Assembly (NCBI GenBank): GCA_039621445.1
Contig: CP154954.1
Location: 15,766,140 to 15,830,139, forward strand
Origin: Euglena gracilis
Taxonomy: Eukaryota
Length of the DNA: 64,000 nucleotides
Direction of reading: 5' to 3'
This document shows, piece by piece, positions 12,778 through 24,135 of this stretch. How positions within the stretch are numbered: position 1 is the stretch's first letter; each line of letters starts with the position of its first letter. The notes under the pieces were generated by a model, which did no database searches, was not told where the DNA came from, and saw only the letters and a list, made by a program, of their open reading frames with translations. A program made the position numbers and the translations under genes.

Positions 12778-12832
12778 ACCGGCTGTTTGCCATGGTGGAA
12801 AGTCTACGACAAGGCCGCCCAGGAATGATCAT

Positions 12833-13039
12833 TACTCCTATGTCCAATGACCACCCCCCTGTTCAGAGGACACCTTTTCGGAGGTTTGACCAAATTTTTG
12901 GTCCCGGCGTGAAGCGCCGGGACGAAACGAACCCCCCCCCCCGTCAGAGGACACCTTTTTGGTCACCACCCTATGTCCAACGACCACCCCCCCGGTCAGA
13001 GGACAGAGGTTACCGGTCATTGGACATAGGGGGGGGGTA
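12833..13039. mobile_element. MITE, possibly Tc1/mariner-type; related ends near 17300 and 18267
   Basis: TIR CCTATGTCCAATGACC / GGTCATTGGACATAGG with TA at both outer edges. Confidence 0.7.
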
Positions 13040-15952
13040 GGGAGTTTTTTTTTTAACCCTTTAGAACCGCCGTTAGGCCCAAGGGACGGCCAAGGGCCGA
13101 ACTGGGGCTTGAACGGGCACAGAAAATGAAAATTCAAATAAAATTGACGTTTTGGGTGGATGGGCGATGGCTGAAGGATGCCTGAACTCACCTGAAGTCG
13201 ACCTGTTTTTGCCGTTGCATGGCATTTTTTTTGTTCATTTTTCCCACGGATAATTTATTGAATGCCCTTTTTTTTTGCGTTCAGGGACTCCTGTTGTCTG
13301 TTGTCTGTTGTCTCCTGTTGTCTGGTCCCAAGTCAACAGAAGGTCTCCAGTCCTGGCACGACCAATTTAAAATCTGTCTGAAAAGCACAGGTCTCCATAA
13401 AAACAGGCATCGGGGGGAAAGAGCAATTTTTGGCATCGTGGGCCGTCGCCCATCCATCCAAAACATCCAAAAGTGCGGTTTCCACCTAAGGGCGGTCGTC
13501 AAGGGCAGTCTTCAGGAAAAAGGGCCACCAGGCTTATTTGTCAAGTGACCATTTAAAAAGAAACGTCTGGAATCCCATGGCTGCACAAAGTGCCAGGAAA
13601 CCGTGAAGAAATTCGCTGAGAAATCCCGAGAAAATCTAAAAGTCACCTTTGTAAGTGGTGAACATTCACGTCAAAGAAAACATGTGAGTATTAATTGAAA
13701 CCAAATTGAACATGCCGTGAAGCGGCGAAGGAATATTTTTTGTTTGAGGAAACCACGTGAAATGATCATTTTTGAGGCCAGCGTTGTAATGCGCACTAAG
13801 TGAACGTTTGTTTCCATATTGAGATCTCGAAAATCGGGCATTTACCACCAACTCCTCCAGGTCTGCACCCACCCACCCCGTGGGGTTGGAGATCAAGGGG
13901 ACCCACTATTGGGGGGGCCATTTTGGGGTCCAATTTCTTTTTTCCGGCATAAAGCCCTCCTCCCGGGGGTACCCAGCTCGATCTCCATCCCCCCTGGGGG
14001 GGAGGGGTCAGCCCGCTGACCCACCCACCCTCCCTCCCCCATCACCACCACACTCGTTTGGTCCAATTTTTAGGGATCTTATTTGTGGGTTTTGCTCGTT
14101 TAACCCGGGGGAGGGCTGGTCAGCTGGTCAGCAGTTGGGTGGACCTGACTGCCGCCAACCAGCCAGCATTGGGGCAGCGCCTTGCCCCCCTGTCCCCGGC
14201 ATGTGAGCCGGGGAGGATGCCCTTGTGGTTCATTGTGAGGCCAACCATCGTTTTCGAAAATTGAGTGGGTTTGTGCCGTTGGACACCCCCCCTGATATAC
14301 CAAGTGTCCCAAGGGTCAAAGCACAAGCCGCAAGCCGTAGGCCAGGTTGCAGGAAGGACTTGAAGGGTTCTAGGCCGATTTTGGATGATTTTGGTGAGTG
14401 GTTGGGTGGGTTTTTGGACCGGGATCAGGTTTTGTTTTTTAGCCTTGGACCCCCAGAGGTATGATGGGTGGGTCCTGTGGTCCAAATGTGCTCTGCGTTC
14501 AGGCGTGGGGTGTGCCTCCCTCCCTGCCCTTATGTGGAATTTTGCTTGGGAGCCCCCGTGGGGGGGGGCGGTCAACCAGCAGCATTTCTTGCAGCCTGCG
14601 CAAATTTTCCAGCCTCTGAGCTGGATCCCCCCCGGGGTCGGTAAAAAACGCCCTGCCCCCCCCCCCCCCCCGCCGGGGGGGGGGGGGGGCGGCTGGGTTG
14701 CCCGGGGGGGGGGGGGGGGCGACAAAAAGCAGCCTGAAGTGACACACAGAAAGTGAACGAAAATTTACGGCCTTTTATTCCTTGGGCGTGGTCAGTTTTC
14801 ACTTGGACCCCAGGGTGGCCGGTCCCCCAGAGGGGGCGGGGGTCGAACTGCCCAGTTTTTCCCCCGAAAAAATGACTGACTGTTTTTTTTTTCTGAACGA
14901 GCGGAAGGTGAAGATGGGTCGGTCAAAAAAGACTGCTCGGCGCGGGGTGTGCCACGGTCGCATGGCGTCGTCCAGCCCCGGCCCCCTGGGGCGTGCCCTT
15001 CCAGGCCAGCGCGCGCACCCCAGCGCCCTGGCCGGCGCACCCCCAGCGGTGCCTGCCGGCCGGCTGGCCAGGGCTGCCCGGGACCCCCGGGAACTTGTGG
15101 GTGGTGGGCATGTACTCACGTGGTCACTGGCCGACCCCCCGCCACCCCCAGGGGGGGGATTGGTTTTTTGGCCAAACCCCCCCAGGGGGAGTCGACAAAA
15201 AGCCATTGAAATAACCTGGCGCCGAAGGTGCTGGGAAAATAGTTTTGGACGTTTTTTTTTCATGTTTGTAGTCAATTTGGATTTGGATCCCAGAGAGGCT
15301 ACCCACCAAGGGAGGGTAGTTTCGATACCGGTACCATTCATTGCTTAAATTGCTTGACATGTCCGACCGCATTCCAAGGGGGAGGGTGACTGATTCATTT
15401 TTTCAGAGTGACTTGACTGGTCCCCCCCCCCCCAGGATGGGGTTGGCCAGGAACGACCAAAAGTGCCACCCAGCGCCATTTTTTGGGGGGTTTTGGCCAA
15501 ATAATTCCCATTGGGTTCAAGCCATTTTGGCCCGAGTGCCTAAAGTAACCAACCTCCCCAAAGGGATGGGAATTGGGTGATTTTTTTGAAAGGTGATTGA
15601 CTAGTTTTTTTGAAAGTGGAAAGTTGTTCCTACCCCCCTGTGGTTAATAAGCAATGGCATGGTTGTGACTAATTGGTTCCCCCCCCAAAGAAATTATTAG
15701 GTGGTTTTTGGAAGTGTGGAGGTGACATGAAAATAAAAAATTGCATGGGGGGAGGTGGAGGTCTGACAGCCCCCCCCCCCTCATGTACGCTCCTGGACGA
15801 TCAAGGGGATTCTTTCTGGAACTGGCGAGTGGTGTTTTTTCCTTCGAATTTTTTTTAAAGTTTTCACCCAAGTTTTGGCACAGGCCTTTTTTTGCCACCC
15901 CAACCAGCTGGCTGGGGGGGGGGTCGACCTCCCACTGGGCCTTCCCGTGCAG

Positions 15953-16090
15953 CCATGGGGGCGGGAGTGCCGCTGGGACTACACGCAGGGCCGCTATTAC
16001 TACCTCGACCACCGCACGCGAACGTCGCAGTGGGACCCGCCGGCCAAGAGTCCGCAGCCGCTGTGGTGGTTGCCCGGTTTAATACGATGA
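15953..16090 (+). CDS. Terminal exon encoding a WW-like domain (probably the end of gene A)
   Basis: ECRWDYTQGRYYYLDHRTRTSQWDPP matches the WW consensus. CAG acceptor and TGA stop. Confidence 0.75.
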   Translation, partial: PWGRECRWDYTQGRYYYLDHRTRTSQWDPPAKSPQPLWWLPGLIR

Positions 16091-16939
16091 GGGTGTCTGG
16101 GGTTTATGAGGGTCCCCATGTCAACTGCATTTTTCCTGGACCCAAAATGCCATATTCTTTGTGGTACAGTGCACATGACACGGCGTGTCCATGACAACCC
16201 CCCCCCCCCCGTGCCAACCACATTTTTCCCGTATTTGGGGGTGGATGTCGTTTTCCCAGCTATTCAGCAGTTTTTCACAATAAACTTAATGATTTGTGTG
16301 TAAAGTAGTTGACTGGATTGTTGCAAAAAGTTGACTGAAGTGGCAAAAAAGAGTCTAGACGAAACAGGGCAAACCTCCATGGAATGAGCTGCTGGTGCAG
16401 CAGGAGTATGGGGCTTATTTTTCCGGCCAAAACCCCCCCTGAAAAAAAAAACTCAGGCCCACCCCAGGACCAGGATTCTCATTGACCCTGACAGGGTGAG
16501 GGGGGCTGCCCCCCAGGGAACTGTCACGCCCGGGAGCCTGTCAAAGTCCCCTCAGGCAACTGTCAGGGTCTTTGGTCCAATCTGGCACGAGAACTTCCCA
16601 GGGGGGTGGACAAATTTTCAAGGAAGGATGGGAGGGTGCCAAGGACCCCGAACTGGTCGCCATTTGTTTATTTGCTGCCACACTGAACGATTGAATCAGT
16701 GTCCCCAGCATAATCCACCAGTCAAGGTACCTGGGACTTTCTGCGGGGGCTCGTCTTTGACCCACATGGTGCCTCACGTGAAGACCAACCTCTGAGTCGG
16801 CACCTGCAGACGTTGGCGCATCCTCCGTGCGGTGACACAGGCTGTGGCTCGGATGGTTAACTTTTTTTTTGCCTGGAGGCATCATGTTTTTATTTTTTTT
16901 GAAAAAAATTCAAAAAGTTTTTATTCTTTTAAAAAAAAA

Positions 16940-17140
16940 TTGAAATGTGTTTTTTTTTAAAAAAATTGCATTTGCTGACCTGTCACTCAAGCTGATCAGA
17001 ATTACGACGCTCCTTTTTGGAGATGGCATCACAAGAAACCAATTTGGCCCCAAATTAACGTTTTGGATGTGCCAAACCTTTTTCCATCTTTTTTTCATCT
17101 GGGGGTGTCACTCGCGGTGCTGAATTTTTGTGTCACTGCC

Positions 17141-17184
<44 letters not shown>

Positions 17185-17702
17185 TTTTTTTTTATCATTT
17201 GAGATCCTTCCAGCACCCCTCAAAGTTCAAGAAAGGCCCCATTGAGGTCAACAATACGCTCTGTCAATGGAATGGTGTACCAAACAAATCATGGAAAATT
17301 ACTCCCTATGTCTGAATGACCCCAGGGTATCCAATAACCACCCCCGCAGTCAGAGGACATTTTTTCGAGGTTTTGGCCATTTGTTTTTTTCTTCGCATTC
17401 CGCCGCTGTGTTGAAGAATGTTGCGCCCAAAACCGGCCACAGAATTTGGCCAAATGCCCATTTATTTTGACACTTCATGGGAAAAATTTTTTCAAATTGC
17501 CCCAAAATCTTGTGGGCTCAGCGCTGGAAGGAAAAAATTTACTTTTGGAGGGCTTTCGAGGCACCCTCCGAGCCAGTTTTTTTGGACTTGTCCGAAGCCA
17601 TATACCACCCCCTTGTGGATGTACACCTTTCTGGTCACAAACCCTGTATCCAACGACCACCCCCCCCCGTCGGAGACACCAGGTTACTAGTTATGCGGGG
17701 GA

Positions 17703-17746
<44 letters not shown>

Positions 17747-17768
17747 TTTTTCTTTTTTTTTTTTTTTT

Positions 17769-17847
<79 letters not shown>

Positions 17848-18340
17848 AATTGAAAAATTTTTTTTTTAAAAAAATTGCATTTGCTGACCTGTCACTCAAG
17901 CTGATCAGGAATTACGACGCTCTTTTTGGAGATGGCCTCACAGAAACCAATTGGCCCCAAATAACGTTTGGATGTGCCAAACCTTTTTCCATCTTTTTTC
18001 ATCTGGGGGTGCACTCGGGTGGCTGAAGTTTGGTCACTGCACAGTGCCTCTTTGGGCCACCCCTTACGTACCTGCCAGTGCTTACAAGGGCTTTATCTCC
18101 CCAGGACAGGATTTTGTTTCTGAGCTGGAAAGTTTAATGCCTGACCCCCACCCCCTGGAGTCACTTTGAGATCCTTCAGCACCCCTAAAGTTCAAGAAAA
18201 GGCCCCCTGAGGTAACAATCCGCTCTGTCAATGGAATGGTTGTACCAAACAACATCATGGCAAAATTACTCCCTCTGTCTGAATGACCCGGGTATCAATA
18301 ACCACCCCCGCAGTCAGAGGACCTTTTCTGAGGTTTGGCC
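16940..18340. repeat. Degenerate tandem duplication (~16940-17380 and ~17840-18340) with long poly-T tracts
   Basis: GCATTTGCTGACCTGTCACTCAAGCTGATCAG and following sequence occur twice. Confidence 0.85.
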
Positions 18341-19509
18341 AGATTTGATTTTGTGTGATCTTGGCACACACACAAAGCAGGGATTGATGTTTATCCTGCG
18401 ATGGATAATCCCGGATAACTCCGAAAAACGACATATGAGTCCGAAACCCCCCAACTACGGATAATTACGGATAATTATGGGTACCTACAAGTAAGGTTTC
18501 ATTCCATTACAGATAACCATGGATGTGGGGTCTGTCATCATCAAATCGATGATTTCGTTGGTAATGAGCCTTATGAAGCAGCCAGACGTGCGAAAGTCGC
18601 GAGTACAGTGGCCTCAAAGTCGCCAAAAGCAGTCAAAGGTGGCCAAAATTAGCAAAAAAATTTTTTGCAGTGGTCAGATGCTAATAGTCGCCAAGTCGCC
18701 AAGTGGGTGAAATTGGGTAAAAGTTGCCAAGAGTGGCCAACATTGGGGAGTGGTCAAGTGACCAACAGTGGATAAAAGTGGATGGAATGGATGCAGTGGA
18801 TGCATGTACTGGAAGTCATTTCAGCGGACCTCCGGGGGTCTGCCCAGACCCCTGGGAAGGGTCAAAAAACTCTGCCCCCAAGCACCTCTGGTTAACCATT
18901 CCCTTGGGCCCGCCATCCCAGCAACCTGGTGCAGCCGGGGCAATTTTTTTTTGCCATTTTGCAGCAAAGGCACAAATGGTATGTTTAAGTTGTTTGAGGT
19001 TTCGCCTCCAAATTTTGTCTGAAAAATGCCACCTGACTGGATCTGTTGATTTGAGATAAGTGGATTTGGGTGTGGTTGCCTTATTATTGAGAACCAGATC
19101 CTAGACCTCGTTTTTCTTGTTGGCGTACCCCCCACAACCAACTCTTTGCCAACCAATGCCGACCAAGGCCAATTAAAGACCAAATGGGAAGTTACCGTTG
19201 GTGCCTGCCCATCTATCCTGTCGTGGGTGGAAGAATTCTGGGGGAATTGACAAAAGCTACCTGGTGCGGCTTCAAATCAGGCATTCAATGGTGTGTTCGC
19301 CAAAAAAAATTTCTTGTGTACCATATGTTCACCCAGAAAAAAATTTGTGTTCACCTCTGTTCACCAAAAAAAAATGTTTTTCTGTTCACCCATGTTCGCC
19401 AGATATGTTTGGCGTTCACCAAAACGTGTTGAGAAAACAGCGGCGTCACAGCAAGTGAATATTATATCTCTCTTTCCTTTTTCTCTTCTCTTCCGCCCTA
19501 GGATGGCGC

Positions 19510-19757
19510 CAGGGCTTTTTTTAAGTTCGGACTCCAGGGAGGTCGCTGGACCCCCTCACCCCAAGGGATCCCCAAGCCGCTTGTGGGTCCCTTGCTGGAG
19601 GCTGGGTTTTGGCCATTTGTCATTTTTGGCACGAAGTGCCGAAAAATTTTTGGCCCCAAAATTGACCACCAAGTCGGTCCTCCGCACCACCCTCCCCCTG
19701 GGGGGTCGAGGGTAGCCACTGGGTGGGAGGGGGACCCACTCCCTTAAGAAATCCCTG
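19510..19757. mobile_element. CAG...CTG MITE-like element, no TSD visible
   Basis: CAGGGCTTTTTTTAAG / CTTAAGAAATCCCTG inverted ends, similar to the elements at 4317 and 12007. Confidence 0.6.
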
Positions 19758-22700
19758 GGTTTTCAGGTGGAACAGTGGCCATGGTGTCAAATATCAGGGA
19801 GTCCGCTTTTCAGATCTTTTGTTTTTTCTATTACAGCATGGAGTGTCACATCAATCGATGATTCGTTTCCTAAGTCTTACGTCTTATGAAGCAGCCGACG
19901 TTGGCCTCAAAGATAAATTTGTTTTAAAACAAATGTGCACCCCAACCCCTTTGTGAGCACACTAAGAGGATGTCTGTTTAAAATTCCTTGAAGCTCACGG
20001 GGCACGCATATTGGCATGGAAATCTTTATCATTTTTCCTTTTAGGTTCTGCCATAAACCGATGGGCTTCGGAGTCTACAATTTTTTATCGACCCCCAAGG
20101 GTCATTCTTCTTCTCTTTCTTGGATTTGTGGTCCCTTTTTTTTTTCCGAAAAGCAGTTAATCATCACTCCAGGGGAGGGGGGGGGTTCGGAAACTCGGGA
20201 CCCCACCCGGGAAAAAAATTCCAAAAATTTTCTGGCGCTTTTGGCATCGTTTTGTGTTTTTTTTTTTGCTGATCATCCTCCCGGGGGCCCCGAGTTGGGC
20301 ACCAAAGCCAGCCCTGAAAACCATTCATCCCCCCAAAGGAGAGGGGGTGGCCAGTGATCATTTGATTGCATGCTCTGGATTAGTAAATGATGGTCAGAAT
20401 GCAACAAGCTGAAAGCCTAAGCTGGAACAGGGGGATTGACCCCCGCGATTTTCCTGCAGTTTCCGGCATTTTTCGTTGCAATATTTCTAAAAAAAATTGT
20501 TATTTTTCCTGAAGGCCTCCGATATCAGTTTCTCCCGCTGAGTGTGATGAAGCCGATGAGCCGGGGGCTGCCCTGGAAACCCTGTGCGAATCCCCTGGGC
20601 CCGGCCGCCATGCAAAGACAATAAGCGTCTGTCTGGCATCCGACCCCCTAACCATTTCCCTTCTCTCTCCCGATGCTACCCTGCCAGCCTGTGCCAACAC
20701 TGGGACACTTCATTGAGAAATGCCACTGAGCGATGCCAGAAAAACATTTTGGAGGCTGTCGTCCTCAATCATCAGGCGAATTGGGCGAGTGAGAAGTTGT
20801 CCTCTTCGCTTGTGCTGCCATATCGTTTCGCAACAAAGTGCCGGGGGTTGGGGGAGGGGGTTGTCTGCAGTTTCTGACAAATAGAATACCAGCCTCCTCA
20901 GTGTCAATTAGAAGATACATTTCAATCCCCCCATGGCCTCATCCCACTGCTTCTGGGCAAGTTTCCCCCCCCAAGATTGGCTTTATGTTTGCAACTGGAA
21001 CCTTGGCCTTCATATTTTATGCCTTTGTGCATGGCCTACTGAGTATTAGTAACATTCAAAGTTGGCCTCTGTGCCTTCAGCCTCGGCGCCAGAAACGGAC
21101 GGCAATTGTGGTGCGCATTGTGGTGGTCAATGCCCAGTGTGCCAGGCTGGCATGCCCGGTGCCCAGGAGGCATGGACCACCAACGCCACCTACCGGGCCT
21201 CGGGCCGCGCTTGGCCGCCATCTGACCCTCCCCCCTCCCCGTACACACACACTGAGCAACACACCATGTACGGTACCCCTTTTGGCAGGCTGGGTTTTCA
21301 GGGCCGACCCCGCCCAGAGGGGTGTGGCACATGGTCAATGCTGGAGTGCCTGATCACGCGACGCCCAAGGAACTCCAGTGGCAACGGTGCCAGGAACCCA
21401 GAACAGGCTGACAGGAATGTTTTCCGTCCTTTTTTCGGCCTGCAAACTCCGGCCCAAGCCCTGTCCCCCGGGGTTGATCCAACTCAGCCTGCACTCCACC
21501 ACCACCACCACCACAACGCTTACGTGCCCCTCTGCTCCGCTGGTCACACAACGTCGCAAAGCCTGGCTGTTCGCCTTCCTGGCTGAGCATACCGCTGATT
21601 TCGCGGAACCTCAGCTTTGGGGGGGGTCGGCGTGTTTGTGAGGGGCAGGGGAGTGACCGTGGCCAAAATGTGATCTGTACTATACAGAAAGTATGGTACA
21701 GATCACAGAGTTTAAATGAGAAACTTAAGTTTCTCACCTTAAGTGAGAAATTTAATGCGGCAGCTTGTTTTCCGTTGCCATTCTCGGGCAGGATTTGATA
21801 TAAGGAGGGCGTACATGGTTTAGGTGGGGGGTGTCCCCCCCCCCCCCACCCCCCTCCTGGCCCGCAGGGGGGGGGGTCCGGACCACCCCCCCCCACCTGC
21901 CAGGGGGTCCGGACCGACCCTCGGGGGGGGGGGGGGTTCCCGGGACCCCCCCCCAAAAAGGGTCAATTTTTCCCCCGGCGCTTCGTGCCGAAATTTTTTT
22001 TTTGCATTTTGGCACATTTTTGCCCAAAAAGTGCCCAAAATGGCACTTTTGGTCGTTTTGGGGGTCAAAATTTTTCGGTAACCCAGACCGCGCAACTGTT
22101 TAGGTGGGGGGGAGAGTCCCCCCCCCCACCCCCCCCCCTCCTGGCCCGCAGGGGGGGGTCCGGACCACCCCCCCCACCTGTCCTTATATCGAACCCTGTT
22201 CTCAGGTGTTTCCCGGGATTCCGGTGATTCCCATGCCCGCCTCGGCTTGTTCCACACCATTTGGCCAAGGCCTTCAGAAGTGCCCTGTCCCCCTCATTTC
22301 GGGCCCCAGCGGTTCCACAAGGCAGAAACCTCCTTCTGAGCCCTGACCCCACATTGCCCGGGCAGGTCGCCTGCCGCGTTTCCTCCCCGACCGGTTGCCA
22401 ATACAGGGGTGGAGCAGGTTGGAGCCGCGCCTGCCACCATAGAAATGCCAAAAGTTTGGATCTTGCGATGAGCCCAACGGCAGGCCGGAGAGGATCCACC
22501 AAAAACCCTAATTTTGCCATCCAGAGTTCGCAGAACAATGCGCCGCACAGAATAATGAATGAATGAATGAATGAATAAACATCGCTGGGAGGTGTTCTCC
22601 CCGGATGGGACCCACAGCACTTTGAGCAATCGGCCGCCCCCGCCGCACGGAGGGTGTGCTGAAACGGACCGCAAAGGTGTTGCAGAGTCCCCATCGTCCG

Positions 22701-23629
22701 TGACAAGTAATGTACCCTTATAGCCCGGCCCGTGGCTGAACGCGAATGGGCGTTGCGAGAGGCAACGGCCCGTGGGTGGTCAGGTTTTGGGGTTTGTGCC
22801 AGGGGGTAAGTGGAAAGTGCCCCGGGGGGGGGGTTCGCTGAGTGAATCTCTGAGGAGGAAAGGATGAACTAATCTCACCTCCCACATCAACGTATCCCGT
22901 CCAAGAGAAAATGTCACAACCCCATCAAACTGGGTAACCACCCCATATTGTTATTGGGTGGCAGGGGCATGCACCACCACCAGACCATTGCTTGCCGACC
23001 ACCAGGGGGGGGTTCATTTTCCACTTTCAAAAAAACCTCAGCCATTTTTCGAAAACCAGTCACCCAGTTCTTTCCCGCCTTGGACCCCATGGATCATTTT
23101 CCACTTCTTGTGTGGCCACAAAAAGCATTCGGACTGAACCTTGTTTCCCTCATGAAAAACAAAAGTGACCAAGTTGGAAAAGTTGGCAGAGCTACCCAGT
23201 CCATAGCCCCGCAACAAATCAACTGGTTGTTTTGACCTTCTGTCTTTATTTATTTTTTTTTCACTTTCTTGTGTCTGTTTTGTTGCTCCAATTTTCATTT
23301 TCTCGCTCAGGCTCCCTCAGGCTTCTTTTTAAGTCACCTGACCCCACCCCCCCCCCCCGGAGGGAGGGGGGGTGGGTGGGTGGGTGGGTCCGGGCCGGAC
23401 CCCCCCCCCGGGGGGGGGGGGGGGGGGTCCCGCCGCGGGGCGCCGAAGCGCCGAAAATCTTTGAAAAATGCCTTTAACCGGCCCGATTTTGAGGGGGGGG
23501 GTCCTGCGCGACCCTGGGTGGGTGGGGGGGGACCCTGCCCTCCCCCCCCCGGGCATTAAAAAGAAGAGTGCAAAGGGTCGTAAGCGGTATACCAGAGAAG
23601 GGGTGAGGGCAGAGCGCAAGTGTCTTACG

Positions 23630-24135
23630 AGGCATATAAAAACCCCCAAATGTAAGAAACCCGATTCTTATATTTGGGTGTCGGCCTATCGGCCCAAAGG
23701 GTTTCTTATAATTGGGGGTTTCTTATATTTTTGTGTCGAAGGCAGGACCCAAGGGTTTCTTGTAAATGGAAGTTTTTCTTCCTTCTGTTCCTTCATGTAA
23801 TTAAAGGTGAAGGCCAGAAAACAACATTCATGCTTCTCCCATTTGTCACCTTCTTGGGTCCATTGTACCTCCTCCACCCAAAAAGCACCTCTTGCTTTAT
23901 TGCAAAGAAGCAATAAACTGGACGGCTTCATGTTTTTGTTGATCGCGCGTTGAGATTTGCTGTGACCCGTGATGAAAATGGATGAGGGGTTTCTTATATA
24001 TGGATTAGCATCCAACAGCCCAGGGGTTTCTCATATTCGGGGGTTTCTTATATTTGGGTGTCGGCTGAAAATCGGCTAAAGGGTTTCTTATATTTGGGGG
24101 TTTCTTGTAGCGAGGGGTTTCTTATATTTGGGGGG
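23630..24135. repeat. Array of GGGTTTCTTATATTTGGG motifs with an inverted copy; probable non-autonomous DNA element
   Basis: About 9 direct copies plus inverted TAAGAAACCC near 23653. Confidence 0.65.
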
